From the human T2T-CHM13v2.0 reference genome, Homo sapiens, in NCBI RefSeq assembly GCF_009914755.1, contig NC_060926.1: a stretch of 64,000 bases of DNA. The stretch is one strand, 5' to 3'. The position numbers were made by a program, and so were the translations under genes. This document shows positions 25,687-39,060 of the stretch, piece by piece (position 1 is the stretch's first letter; each line of letters begins with the position of its first letter). Under the pieces are notes generated by a model. The model did not search any database, had not been told where the DNA came from, and was given only the letters and a program-made list of their open reading frames with translations.

Positions 25687-27609
25687 AAAATCTCCAGATG
25701 ACTCACACACATTGAAGTTTGAGAACCACCAAGGGAAATTACTAGAGCTTCTCTATAGCTACACACAGCCGTCTATGCCTTAAAAAGTCCTCCTTTGGTG
25801 ACCCTCACCCAAATATGAGAACCATTAGTCTAAAGCTTCCCTCTGGCTGCACATGGCCCAGTGAGCCATACCTGCCAAATCTGCCAACCCCAGTGCCGAA
25901 CTAGAGGTTACCAATAACTGTGGCATCACTCTATTACAGTGAGCAAGAAACTGATACTCCTTTATCTCGGTTTCTGTCGCTGTCCTGCAAAGGAAAGTTA
26001 AAGCATTCATGACACTCCAGAATTCCTGTGTATTCTGGCCTGGCCTCACAGCCCTAACTTGTTCCCACCCATAACTTAGAAGGTTGCTCGGCCCCTGCAG
26101 TGACTTCTAGGAGTGAGTGGAGTGACTAGACCTAGTCACCTAGGACCTAGACTCCTAGATCTAGTCCAGTAGTGACTAGGAGTACCCAGACCCTGGAGTG
26201 ACTAACTGATGGGCTTGAAAAAAGTAAACGGGTAATGGGTACCAAATAGAACATGGTAGTTGCCAAGGTATGCAGTGTAGTTGATGCAGCTACTCTTGAC
26301 TTTGATTTCCATCTGCCACAGGACAAGAAGGGAGTATGGGAATAGTTATTCTCTAATGGCTTGATTACAGTTTTGTACTGCACACTCTTGAATAATAACT
26401 TGGACCCAGAATTCAAATGGAAGGCCTTCAGCTCAAATTTGAAAAGCTTTGCTCATACCCAGGGGTGATGGGGGTATGTCTGTAATGGCAAAGAAGCAGG
26501 CCAAGAGTTCTGAGAATCATAGGGATATCGTCAATATTACGGATTTGGCAGAAATCTAAGAGAATGAACTGTTTATTATGCCATGTCAATTAATATGCTG
26601 AGAACTCTCAAGTTCATGTAATTGAGTATAATTGTGATAATTAGAGCATGGTTCAAAATGCTTTTAGGCCAAATATAAAAGGCAAAACTTCTTATCTGTT
26701 ACTTTTCATATATAATAGGTAAGGTATTTCTTAGGCTCATTGAAATCTTGAAATAGCAAGTACCTTTGAAATGGTGTAAGTTGCTGGGGAAGGATTTAGT
26801 AAATTCATTAATGTGTCTGTTCTCACAATGAGTTTTAACCAGAATGTATCATATTAAGAGCCTTTGTTTTTAAGCTGGACATTGTTTTTCCATGAATATT
26901 GTGGTACTCAAATTCACTAAAACAATTAGATGCATAGGGGTAGAATGGAAGAGAAAGAAGGGCAGTAGTTTTGCTTTTCTTTCCTCCTGTTGAGAAAAAC
27001 AGCTGTAAGTTTTCATCATACATTCGAAGATTTTCTGTTGTGTTATTATTGGAGGAGCACTTTCTTTGAGTCTTACTTTAATAATTCTGTCGTGTGCTCT
27101 TTGATTCTTAGGTTTTTGTTAGCTAAACCCTAGGAAGCCGTAACCTTGATGAGGTGGCACATGCTTTCTGGTCTCATCAGCTTTTATTTCATTTGCCACA
27201 CAGGAGAAAATTAATTGTTTTGAGTTGGTTTCCTCCAGATCATGGAATGTTTGCCTCATTTTCTTTGGTTTGAAGATCATTTTCAAAATCTGGAGTTAAT
27301 CACAGTACAGCAAAAGCCACAATCTCTTTCTCATTAACTTTTTTTCTGGCATGGTTGCTAGATCACCTCTGGTCAGTTCCATGAAATTCGACAAAAATCT
27401 AACTTTATAACCAAGGAAAATAGTCTCAGCTTCTCAGTATTTCAGAAAGGAATAGGGAACAGAATTTAATTCCATATTCATCCAAAGGCCTGGCAGTACT
27501 AAGGGAAAGATTAACTAGCTACCTTATTTCAGTTATTTTATATTCACCCCAACTTTGTTTTTTTCTGGTGGGAGAGGGGGCTCACAGAGTAACAGAATTG
27601 TCATATTCC

Positions 27610-28920
27610 CTTTAAAAATATACATTTTTATAATATATACATCAGAAATGCGAACAAGGAAGTGAACACATCCATGTGACTAGCACCCAAAACAAGCACC
27701 CCAAAGATAGCACCCAGAGGCCCCCTTCTGCATCCTAGTCATAATCCTTCCACAAAAGTAACGCATCTTGTTTTATAGTACATTTATTCATTGTGCCCAT
27801 TTTAAAGCTTTATATAAATTGAATCATACAATATATAGTCTTCTGCCTGGCTTCTTTCATTCGTATTTTTTATGCGTAACTAAGTTTGTTCATACTCCTG
27901 GCTATGTAATTCATGTTGGTAGACTGCAATTTTGTGGTCCATTTTACTGTTGATGGCCATTTGGCTATTGTACATAGTGCTGCTGCAGATGTTCTTGTAC
28001 CCGTCTTTTGGTGAATATGCGTACACATTTCTGCTGGATATATACCTAAGAGTAGAACTGCTGGATTATAGGGTAAGCATATGTACAGCTTGAGTAGATT
28101 GTCAAACTGACTTCTAAAGGAGCTATACCAGTTTACACTCCCACCAGCAGTGCATGAGGGTTGCAGTTGTTCTACATGCTTGGTATATGTGGTATTGTCA
28201 GTCTCTTAAAGATTCTTCTTATGGTTCTTAGCCTTCATTTTCATTTCCTTATGACTAATGAGCTCAATTACCTTTTCAATATTGGCCATTTGGATATTAC
28301 CATTTGTAAAGTGCCTGTTCAAGTATTTTGCCAATTTTTCTGTCTAGTTTTTGTTTTGATTTGCATTTGTATATATATTTTGAATATGAGCTCTTTATGT
28401 ATGTGACATGTATTTTCTCATGGTGTGTGGTTACCTTTTTCTTCTTCTACCAGTGTCTTTTGATTAACAGAAACTCTGTTTTAGTGTATGTAATCAAGTT
28501 TATCAATTCTTTCCTTTATAGTGAGTACTTTTTCTTTTCCATTTATGAAATATTTGCTTACCCAATATTATGAAGATATTTGTCTATGTTTTCTTCTAGA
28601 ATATCTATTGTTTTACTTTTCACATTTAGATTTTCAGTCCACCTGAAAGCATCCGGCTTACACCTGGAAGATTTCATTATAACTTGACCACCTTGAGCCA
28701 ACTCTATCCCTAAACCTAATTGATTTTTTTAAAGATTTTTTAATGATGCAGGGGGTCAAGATTCATTTTTTCCCCATATAGACATCTAGTGGACCCAACA
28801 CCTTTTATTGAAAAGGCCTGCCTTTTCACTGCGTTGTTTCTAAATTTTCTTTTCTATTACATTGTTTATTTGTGTCAACACTAAACTGTGTTCATTATTA
28901 CAGCTTTGAAATATGTTGGC
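27610..28920 (-). mobile_element. Old L1M (L1MB/ME-type) 3' fragment
   Basis: atatacctaagagtagaactgctggattatagggtaag, tttacactcccaccagcagtg, catttccttatgactaatgag motifs. Confidence 0.8.
28646..28717 (+). pseudogene. Micro-NUMT: 3' part of mt-tRNA-Val plus the first ~20 nt of mt-16S rRNA
   Basis: aaagcatccggCTTACACctggaagatttcattataacttgaccaccttgagccaactctatccctaaacc aligns without gaps (~75% by eye) to recalled human mtDNA AAAGCACCCAACTTACACTTAGGAGATTTCAACTTAACTTGACCGCTCTGAGCTAAACCTAGCCCCAAACC; TAC anticodon loop intact. Confidence 0.85.
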
Positions 28921-30158
28921 ATAGTCGTTGAAAAGTGAAATTGATAATTCTTAGTGACAGGTCCTAAGCTCTGGGTGCTAGGCAGAGGAAAAAGACATTA
29001 AAACTAATAAATTTACTTGTTCAGGTATAGGAAGTAGTGATAGTTCATCAGAGTTTTAAAAATATGAACATAAAGCCCTTTCCTTTTGCCACAGGGATTT
29101 GAGCTTGGGAGTTCCTAATGGGATTGGATGGGGAAAATATGAGATGTTTCCTTGAAGTAAATTAACAGTTTCTAATTTTATGCGATATTTTGGATTTCCA
29201 TTGACTCAGTGGTTTCTAGCCATATTACTAGTCATCTTCATTTAAAGTTTTCCATAAAGTCTTCCTAAAATTACTGTCTTATATAAATGCATGTGAATAT
29301 TTTCTTTTGTTTTTAGGTGAGACTGCCTGTTTCCCTCTTCCTTTAAGTAGTTGGTAATGAGAGACCTCTGAGGGTTTTTCTAATTCTTTAAATATTATAG
29401 TCAGTTATCTTGTTCAATGATAATAGTGTATAGATGAGGCCAGATGGTGCCAGAAGTGGAGTTTGTATCTTTGTTTGGCTTTTTTAATACTCCCACCTTT
29501 TTTTTAAAGAGATTTTTCTAACTCATTTCCCAGTAATCCATCTCTTGTGTGCAATTCTGAGCTAGTTAAATTCAGAGTTGCCTTTTTAAAAATAATCTCT
29601 GCCAGCTCAGCTTTCCTGAAATTGGGATTTTAATTGACAGAGAGGAGCAGTACCAAAAAGGCAGAGGAACTGTTTTTAGTAGCAGTAAAGACATATGCAT
29701 CATTTATTTTTTCATGAGAAGCAAATTATAGTCAAAGGAAAACATATTTAACTTAGTCGTATTATGTGTACCAATAAGAATCAATTGCTTGACAAAGTCA
29801 AATAGGAAATGCATAAGTTTTTTATCCGTCTAAATTCACCTACTGAAAGGAAGTGGAAGGTTGTTGAGGCATTGCATAGCAGAAAACAAACATTTTCCTC
29901 CATCCTTCAGAAACCTGAAAGTAGTCCTTTAGCTGCAGTATACTACAAATTCACCCTCTTTCTTTATTCAGCAATGTAACTCATATGGTAATATTTACAT
30001 TCTGTTGTCTCTTAAATCCTAACTTCTAGAATGGAATAATGCCATTTTTAAGCAGAGCAGCCATCAAAACTAATTCTCCGTGATATCGTCTCTAAAATGA
30101 CCTGAAATGAATTTCCTGAAGTTTGAAAACAGCAGCTTTTAGAATAGAAGCTCTTAGA

Positions 30159-30490
30159 CAGGGTCCCCAACGCCCAGACCATGAATGGGTACCGGTCTAT
30201 GGCCTGTTAGGAACCCAGCCACACAGCAAGAGGGGAGGAGCACGAGCATTACTGCCTGAGCACCACCTCCTCTCAGATCAGCTGCGGCATTAGATTCTCA
30301 CAGGAGGGCAAATCCCATTGTGAACTGTGCATGCGAGGGATCTAGGTTGCACGTTCCTTGTGAGAATCTATTGCCTGATGATCTGAGGTAAAACAGTTTC
30401 ATCTCTAAGAGATGCCCCCTCCCAACTGTCCATGGAAAAATCGTCTTCCACGAAACTGGACCCTAGTGCCAAAAAGGTTGTGGACAGCTG
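30159..30490 (+). mobile_element. MER1B (hAT-Charlie)
   Basis: cagggtccccaac...aaaaggttgtggacagctg; 8-bp TSD ctcttaga/cttttaga. Confidence 0.92.
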
Positions 30491-32979
30491 CTTTTAGAAG
30501 TTAGGATTGTATCCTACTAGATTGGACTCAGCATTGTCAAATAAAACTACCTAATACTTTCTGATAGGGGGAAATCAAATAAGTTTCTATTCAGATGGCC
30601 ATACCATTTGCAGAGAAGGGGAGAAAACTTACTGCCACCTTGAGCATTATTTTGTAGCATGTGGATGACTATAAACAAAAATAGGAAGATATTTATAGAT
30701 ATCTCGGTGTTTGTTTTGTTGGAAAATACCTTCACTTTACTGTGGCTTTGAATTTAAATGGGGCAGAAATTTTTGTGTCTCAGTATTAATATGAATGAGT
30801 AAGTGTGAAGATCCAGGAAATGGCAGTAGTTGGAATCTAGTCTTTCTGCTCATCTTGGAGACTAATTTGGTAACTCTTTACTTCCTAGCACAAATTGGAC
30901 TTGGATCTCAAAAAGAAATGGGAACTGGTAGCATTAAATGGAAAGTACTTGGGAGCTGTTGTGGAAACACTACTAAAAGGGAAGGAAATTCACCCACCAA
31001 TTTGTTCTTTCCACTAGAAAAAAAACCCCACAGATGAAGATTCCCTGTGTTGTGTCTTGAACTGTCCTCAAACCACACGAAGCACATGGGCAAATTTTGT
31101 TTGAAAAAGTCTATTTCTGAAGTGTGATTTGATAGTATAGATGAAGACACACTATTCATATCCTTGTCATCTCTGAAGAGCACATGTGGTCTAATCAGGG
31201 AGATTGGTATGGTTCTCTACTCTCCCGGATTGCAGTAAGTCATCATTGGTCACATGGTTGCCGATTGCCTGCCAAAACAAACCCATCTTTGAATACACCA
31301 TCTTTGGGGCAACCACTGGGATTTTATTATATTTTCTGCTGAGACATGGTACATTCTAGTAATAGGAACTGCTTTGAGTGTAGAAATTTAAATTACTCTA
31401 TTAATATGCCATTACGTCTTATTTGGTTGAGCAAGTCAGTCACTTTACAATAACTGCATCACCATGTGTTCTTTTTATGGATCTAATAAAATGCATTTAG
31501 ACTGAAATTAGATCCCTGAAATGAGCCATTTTGCTCTTAGACTTCACCTCAACCAGTCTTGCCAAATCTGTGTCATTAGCCAGAAATGCCAGTTGATGGC
31601 TTGGCAGAAACCCTATACTGCCATTCAAATGAAAGTACATTAATGTCTCAAAGGTTGCCATCTTGATTTAGAATATGGATGCTGAAGACTGTGATAGTGA
31701 AGGAAAGCACTTTTTTCTAAAAAGAATATTTTCCCTGTATACATTGGGTTTCAAGAATATCAACGAAATATTAAAAACAAAATATTAAGAAATTATGTCA
31801 TCCAGTTAGATGTTTCCCAACGTTTTCTAGTATGAAGACCATTTTTTAATGTCTTCATGAACACCTACATGATGGTAGTCATGCTTTTAGCATCTTTTGA
31901 TTGGGCCAAATATATAATTTGTGTAAGTTCAAGACAAGAAAATTTGCATTTTCTTAATTACAGCACACTTAAATATGTTTGGAAAATGTCATTACATGTG
32001 TTTACAGGTCTTATTTAATACAGTCAACAAACAATACTTGGTTCATGTGAACTTATGGACCCTTTACAAAAACTCCAAAGGTTGGAAGTTGCTGAACTGT
32101 ACCCTCCAATCCCTTCACTTTGCAGAGAAGAAAAATCAGGGTCCAGAGAGATGCAGTGATTGGTCCAAGGTTTTGTGGTTACTGGAAGAACTAGACTACA
32201 ATTTATGTCTTCTGGGTTTCCACTCCTACAGGCTCCCCAAGGAGGATTAGGAAAAGATGCCCAAACACTTGTTTCATTTAGGAAATTAACAGCTGTGGAT
32301 ATCAATGGAAGATGCTGACTTTTTTTAAAGTACAAGAAAGATGGGACCCCAATGTGGAAGCCGAAACTGGCAGGGCCTGGCACATATTGTTCAATAAATA
32401 GAGCACACAGAAGCATAACTTCTTTCCCATATCTAACCCTCTACTTTCCTAAGCATTCTAGTTCTTTTAAACATGAAACTCTCATTGTCCTTGTTTACTC
32501 AAGTTGTCCAATTGAATGTTCAAGCCTGCTTTCCACAAAGATAATTATTTATGGTAGTTCAATTCCCACTCCCCTCTACTCTCCCCACCCCTATAGCTTT
32601 CTGTAATACCTGTTTAAGGGGCTGATCTTTGGTTCCTGTGGACCATCCCTCTGGCAGGAAGTGGGCACAAGTAGATGTCCTCTTTACCAGTGTGTCCTAA
32701 GTAAAGTAATATTGATATGAACAATTACATAATTTTTCCTTGGTCTTTTTTTCCCTTGTATAATAGGAGTTATCTCTAAGCTAATTAAGATGGTGCATAT
32801 TCCAAAACAAAATTGTATCTATATCATAAGTATAAACTATCCTGCAGCACAAACACCCATTTCACAAACACATTTGCATATCTTCCCCACCTCCATGAAA
32901 TTATTACTTGAGTCCCACGGAACTCACTTTTGTGCAGAGCCAACGTAAATTTCTAAGGAAAAGTGAAACTTGTTGCATG

Positions 32980-33318
32980 TATTAAAAGAAAAACTTCAGA
33001 CAAATTTAACAGAGTTTATCTGAACAAAGAATGATTGATGAATTGGGCAGCACTCAGAACCAGAAGAGGTTCAGAGAGCTACACCCAGGAGTGTGAGCAG
33101 TGAGCTTTTATAGGCTGGACACAGAAGCAAAGTAGAGGAATCATCTGATTGGCTACAGCTAGGCGTCTGCCTTATCTGGGCATGGTTTGATGAGCCGACT
33201 GCCTGTGATTGGCTGAAACAGCTGTTTGTTATACTCCTAAGACAGGTTGCAGTTTGTTAGGTAGGATCTCAAAGTATGGAAACGACCTCAGGCTAATGGC
33301 CTTATGCTTATTTAAACA
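32980..33318 (-). mobile_element. ERV1-class solo LTR (MER57-like; subfamily uncertain)
   Basis: t(a)ttaaaagaaaaacttcagacaaatttaacagagttt...aaaca; two ATTGG boxes; 4-bp TSD CATG. Confidence 0.7.
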
Positions 33319-36145
33319 CATGAAGAGTAGGTTTGCTAGGCAAACTGCATTTCAGATGGCCATTTCCTGGAGTCAGCACTCTTTCAGACAAGTCAAAGTG
33401 ATACTCCTGATTTTTCCCAACGGAAAGAGGAAAGAACAGAGACCTCTGGCTGCCTAAAGAGACACTGGGCATTTAGAAACTTCTGCTCTTAGTTTCCTAA
33501 TGGTTATTTTTTAAGTTGATAGTGTTCATGTATAAAGAAAGAAATTTTAAGTCTACATGAGAATGAGGCCCTTACATTTGTTTATAGAAAAATTGTGGCT
33601 GCTTGCAACCCATACCATTTACTTAATAGGAAGGTTAAGAGAAATGGATTGAGTATCATGAGGCTAAAGTGAGCCAATGTTAGCTACTTCTGATAGGCAA
33701 AATCATGGTGGGATTTTGCACAGATGTATGCTGCTGAGATTCGAGAGCCCTAACATCTTTCACTTTTTAGGAAGAACATTTTAGAGTAGATTGGTAGTTC
33801 TTTCTAGAGTTGGCTTCATTAGATCTTAATCCTGGTTTATAAACACACACACACACACCCCAGAGCTTTTGTAGCATGCACTTCTGTAGAAGCTTATTTT
33901 TCAAGGACAATTCTTAATGCTCACTTTGCCCCGTTCTTCTTGGTTGTCTCAACCTCTTTAATCTCTCTTGTCTCTCCACCCCCCAGCCTTCTTAGGATGG
34001 ATGCAAAGCAGGAACTCAAATGATTGGCCTTGGTGTTTGGCCCTGAAGCAGTCAGATATGTGAGGCGAGTTGCTCAAAATTTTCTCATGAAAAATTAGTA
34101 ACTCAAAATTAATAAAAATTAAAATGACACAGTAAAATGTATCACAGATGAAAATTTGATTGAAGAATGACTGTATGAAAACTACAACTATGCCTTCTGC
34201 CTTGTCTTCTGAAGCACCTCTGGAGTTCTGCTTTCTTCCACGTGACAGTAGCATCGTTTCCTCCCACAAGAAGCATCATCTTCATACCCTCCAATTCTCT
34301 GCGCATTTATGGTATGAATCCCAGCCCACAGCTGGCCTGCATGCAAGGCAACTGGTGTCCCTTCTAAAATGCAGCCTCCAGAACGAAACACAATGCTCAT
34401 CAGGGTGACAACCTGAAGTTCCTCACTTCTGGAAGAGCCGACATGTTTGAAGCCATTTCCAGTTAGAGAAAAACAAAAACACAAGCTATTGCAGGGGAGT
34501 AAAATGATGAGAAATAAAATCTACAAAAATGATACGCTTTCAGAACATGCCTAAGAAAGGCATGTCTGTATTATGCCTTTGGGGATAGATTTGGTTGCTG
34601 AGAAGTGTATTCTGAATAACACGTGGTTTCTTGGTTCTTTAAGCAGGCTATTACTTTCTCTGTTGCTTTCCTCTTGTTTTCTAGACTGTCTAATGAAATT
34701 CTTTTACAGAGGAAAATTAGAATAATATGACCAGATATGTTTTTTACAAACGAAAATGGTGACAAGTTGAAAATATTTTTTCAACGACTGGAGTTTCAAC
34801 TGGAGTTTCAAGCAGTGGTGTGAGCATCTTAAGCATGTCCTTCAGCACTTGGTGTGAATGACAGCTGATAGAGGTGAGGTAGACTGGCAAACTGCTGCCT
34901 GAGTCCAAGATGGCTTTGAACCTACGCAGCTGGTGCTTTGGACCATAAAGAGAAATAATTGCATCTGCAGAGTTTTACGTGTGTTTCATTTAAGATTTGT
35001 AAGAGAGGATAGTTTACTGTTCCCTTTTAAACTCTTGGGGTTCAGCTGCCTACTATATAGACTCTTACTCCTTCTATTTCTGGCACTTTTTCAACATGGG
35101 AAGCCTTATTTGCATTTAAATGTTATATACAGCGGGGCGGGGGGGGTGGGTGGGGATGGGGAGGGGACCTTTCTTGACTTAGCAGTAGTGTTTCTAAGAT
35201 TTCCATGTGCTTGTGACTGATGGATGGATATTTAAAACAATCAAATGTATTTTATTCTGTAAAACTATATATATGATAGTCTCTTGAGACTAAGCTGTTA
35301 TTTAAAATAAAAAGTGTCCAAAATCCTTTGCTCCAAAGATGGTGTGTGTGTGTGCATGCCTGTGTGCATATGCACATGGGTATATATTTACAAAGAAGGA
35401 AAACAGAAAATCTCGCTATGTGCTCGTTTCCTTGAACTTTAACCTCACTTGCAAAGAGGCAGATCTCATCTGTGATGTGTCTAATCAGGAAGTACTAGAG
35501 TTATTTTTGTAACTCTTTTGCAACATAAGGCTGTGTCTTTCTGCCTTCCTTAAAAATATGTCCTGTCCCTCAAATACCATGACACTTGGGTTAAAATTTG
35601 AAAAAAGCAAAAGAATAAAATACAATTCCATGATGCCAATTTGGACTATATCCACCCTACTCATCCGAAGTCCCAGATGTCAGGCCCCGAGGGGTCACTG
35701 TTAATTCCTTCCCCACTACTGGAAAAATGTAACTTCCTTTCATGCCATGGGGAAAATTCTCCATTTCTCTTTTGCGGCATGGACTAGCATTAGCCTTTGT
35801 GGCTGTAGACCATTATGACAGATTCATGGGGAAGTAGGGTGAGAGAGATAGGAGAACTGCCCAAGCTGTGTGAACAGAACAGCAGACAAGGCAGAGCTAA
35901 GGATGGGAGTTTAAAGGACTGGAGATTACAAGTGGGAGGAAATATTCGGCAATGGCAAAAAGATTGTTCAAATTGGATGCCTTAACATACTCTTTAATTA
36001 ATAAAGTGTTCAATTACATCCTTAAATTTATCCTTCCAATTAGTCTGCTAGAAAAATTATAAAAAATGATTATTTTATTATTAAATCTAAAGTTACTTAT
36101 ATAAATCATACAATTAACTTTTCAGAAAGAGTCAACATGGGAACT

Positions 36146-36910
36146 TTTTTTTTCCTTCCAACTTTTATTTTAGGTTCTGAGGGCAAATGTGCAGGTTTGT
36201 TACATGGATATTGTGTGTCACTGAGGTTTGGTGTACAGATTATTTTGTCACCTAGGTATGAGCATAGTACTGTTACCGGTGGAGTGTGTCCAGGTTCTTA
36301 GTGTCTTGAACAAAGAATTGGACAAAACGCACAAACAAAGCAAGGAAAGAATGAGCAACAAAAGCAGAGATTTATTGAAAATGAGAGGATGCTCCACACG
36401 GTAGGAGTGGACCCGAGCATAGGGGCTCAAGTGCCCTGTTACAGAATTTTCTGGGGTTTAAATACCCTCTAGAGGTTTCCACTGGTTACTTGGTGTATGC
36501 TCTATGTAAATTAAGAGGATGAAGTAAAGTTACAAAGTCATTTACTGTTGTACGCCCTACGTAAATGGAGAGGATATTTTCTGTTATAGCTGAAGTGTTT
36601 TCCATTTGACTTTGTTCTAGGAAGTCCTTATGTTCCTTGTCTCCAAACCCTATTCTGCCTCAGTACCTAATAGGTAGTTTTTCAATCCTCCTCTTCCTCC
36701 CACTCTCCCACCTCAAGGAGGCCCCAGTGTCTATTGTTCCCATCTTTATGTCCATGCGTACTCAATATTTAGCTCCCACTTAAAAGTGAGAACATGTGGT
36801 ATTTGGTTTTCGGTTTCTGCGTTAGTTCTCTTAGGATAATGGCCTCCAGCTCAGTCCATGTTGCTGCAAAGGACATGATTTTGGGGTTTGTTTTGTTTTG
36901 TTTTTAATTA
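36146..36910 (-). mobile_element. 5'-truncated primate L1 (L1PA15/16- or L1PB-like) 3' end, split by an LTR
   Basis: ccaacttttattttaggtt...gtgcaggtttgttacatgg...ttagctcccacttaaaagtgagaacatgtggtatttgg; TSD CATGGGAACTTT. Confidence 0.88.
36271..36662 (-). mobile_element. ERV1 solo LTR (MER61-like) nested in L1
   Basis: TGTTACC...ctattctgccTCA; 4-bp TSD GTAC; TTTATT and tttaaata (poly(A) signal and TATA on - strand). Confidence 0.85.
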
Positions 36911-37339
36911 GCATGGGAACTTTCTAAATCATAAAACATCCTGTATATTTGGATGAAGTTGTGTGCTGTCTCCCCACACCCCACCCCCATTCCATTCCCA
37001 TTGACCCACTCTGGACAGCATTGCTGCGTGCCCGGGGAGGACGTGTCCTCTCTACTTCCTTTCTCCCCACCCCTCAAAGGGGTGTTGTATGTGGCTGTGC
37101 TCCGCACTCCATCTCTGCTTTCTCTTCTATTAGCTCGGCTCACTGCCTGTCTGGAGAGTTCATTCTCTTCTGCGTGCGCACATTCTTATGACCTCCTTCC
37201 TTCTTGCTCCTTAGCCTGTCAGTTTCCTCAGAAGAATTATATTTCTTCCTCAATTTCATTAAAATCTTTGAACCAAAAATACGCGCCAGTCATGGCGAAG
37301 TAACTCTCTTTTTGAGCACTTAGCTAACTTTAAATCAGG

Positions 37340-37690
37340 TTTACACTCATTCATGTGATTCTTCTATGAGTTTCTCTCTCCCCTACAAGAAGGTAACTCC
37401 ATGAAGGTGTAGACTTCTTCAGTTTTGCTCAACTTCTTTTTTTCTATTTCCCAGCTTCTTTATAGTGGCAGGAACATGGCAGATGCTCAGTAAATATTTG
37501 CTGAATTAATGAATGAATGCAATAAATATTAAAAGTAATGACAAAAACCACAATTACTTTTGCACCAACCTAATATTTATTGAACTCCTCTCTATGTAAG
37601 ATACTGTTCTGGGTGCTGGGGACATATGGCAAATAAAATTAACAAGTCCCTGGACTCCTGAAGCTTACATTCTAATTGATGAATAGATCA
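37340..37690. mobile_element. Two tail-to-tail L2 3' fragments with a half MADE1 (37528-37573) between them
   Basis: gatgctcagtaaatatttgctgaattaatgaatgaatg; aaaagtaatgacaaaaaccacaattacttttgcaccaacctaa (Hsmar1 TIR); atttattgaactcc...gtgctggggacat. Confidence 0.75.
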
Positions 37691-37820
37691 AATTAGCCTC
37701 CTCTAAAAAAAAGAAAAAGCATTTTAACTGAAAATAAAACCAGTATGATCAACCTCTAAAATACTTGAAAATACATATAAAATTCTATCTCCTCAAATTT
37801 TTCTAGTTAAAGCCTCTCCC

Positions 37821-38110
<290 letters not shown>

Positions 38111-38743
38111 GCTTCTCCCTAAGCCTTCAGTTGGAAATATTTCTTATTTTACTTCATTATTTTTCTCTTTCAATTACTAATATTATTATTTTCAAGTACA
38201 TATCATTGCAAACATGAGGTGTTTCAGCCACAGTATATGAATAAATTTGAGATGAGCAAGGGAACCAAACCATCTTTTAGAACAGTTTTTATGGCAAAAG
38301 ATATTCATGGTCTCTAACAATGCACTAAATTAACTTTTGAAATATAGTCTATCTATGGTGAGAGGGAATTTCAGCACAGGCAAAACACCATGAACTGCTG
38401 AAAGAGGAATTGCAGAGTGTTAATAGCTTGGCTCTTAAAAAAAAAAAAAAGATGTAAATATTTCATCTACTCATTCACCCAACATCATTATCAAGAGGGA
38501 GAACTCAATCATGGTCCTGCAATGTGTTAGTGCTATCTCCTTCCCAGCTGAGGGCCCATTACACAGGCTTCTCCCATTTCAAAGGGAAAAAAACCAAACA
38601 AACAAAATAGCTGTCATCTCTATTGATCTGGGAAGACTATTTGCCAACTAGAAAAGGCAGGCAAATCTTTTCAGCAAGTCACGTGAATTCTTGTGAGGTA
38701 TTAAAGTTAAAAGGCATATTGTGAGAAACTCCTTCCAATATAA

Positions 38744-39060
<317 letters not shown>

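Noticed and set aside
26099-26204. CRISPR-like or synthetic polylinker interpretation of the CTAG mosaic
   Set aside because: No constant repeat-spacer periodicity, no vector sequence, and a eukaryotic context
28646-28696. Functional tRNA-Val gene
   Set aside because: The 5' acceptor strand and most of the D-arm are missing; it is a mitochondrial-type fragment in nuclear DNA
29299-29322. Strong acceptor immediately followed by a donor motif (ttttag|gtgaga)
   Set aside because: 5 kb beyond the likely poly(A) site with no supporting exon structure; plausible by chance
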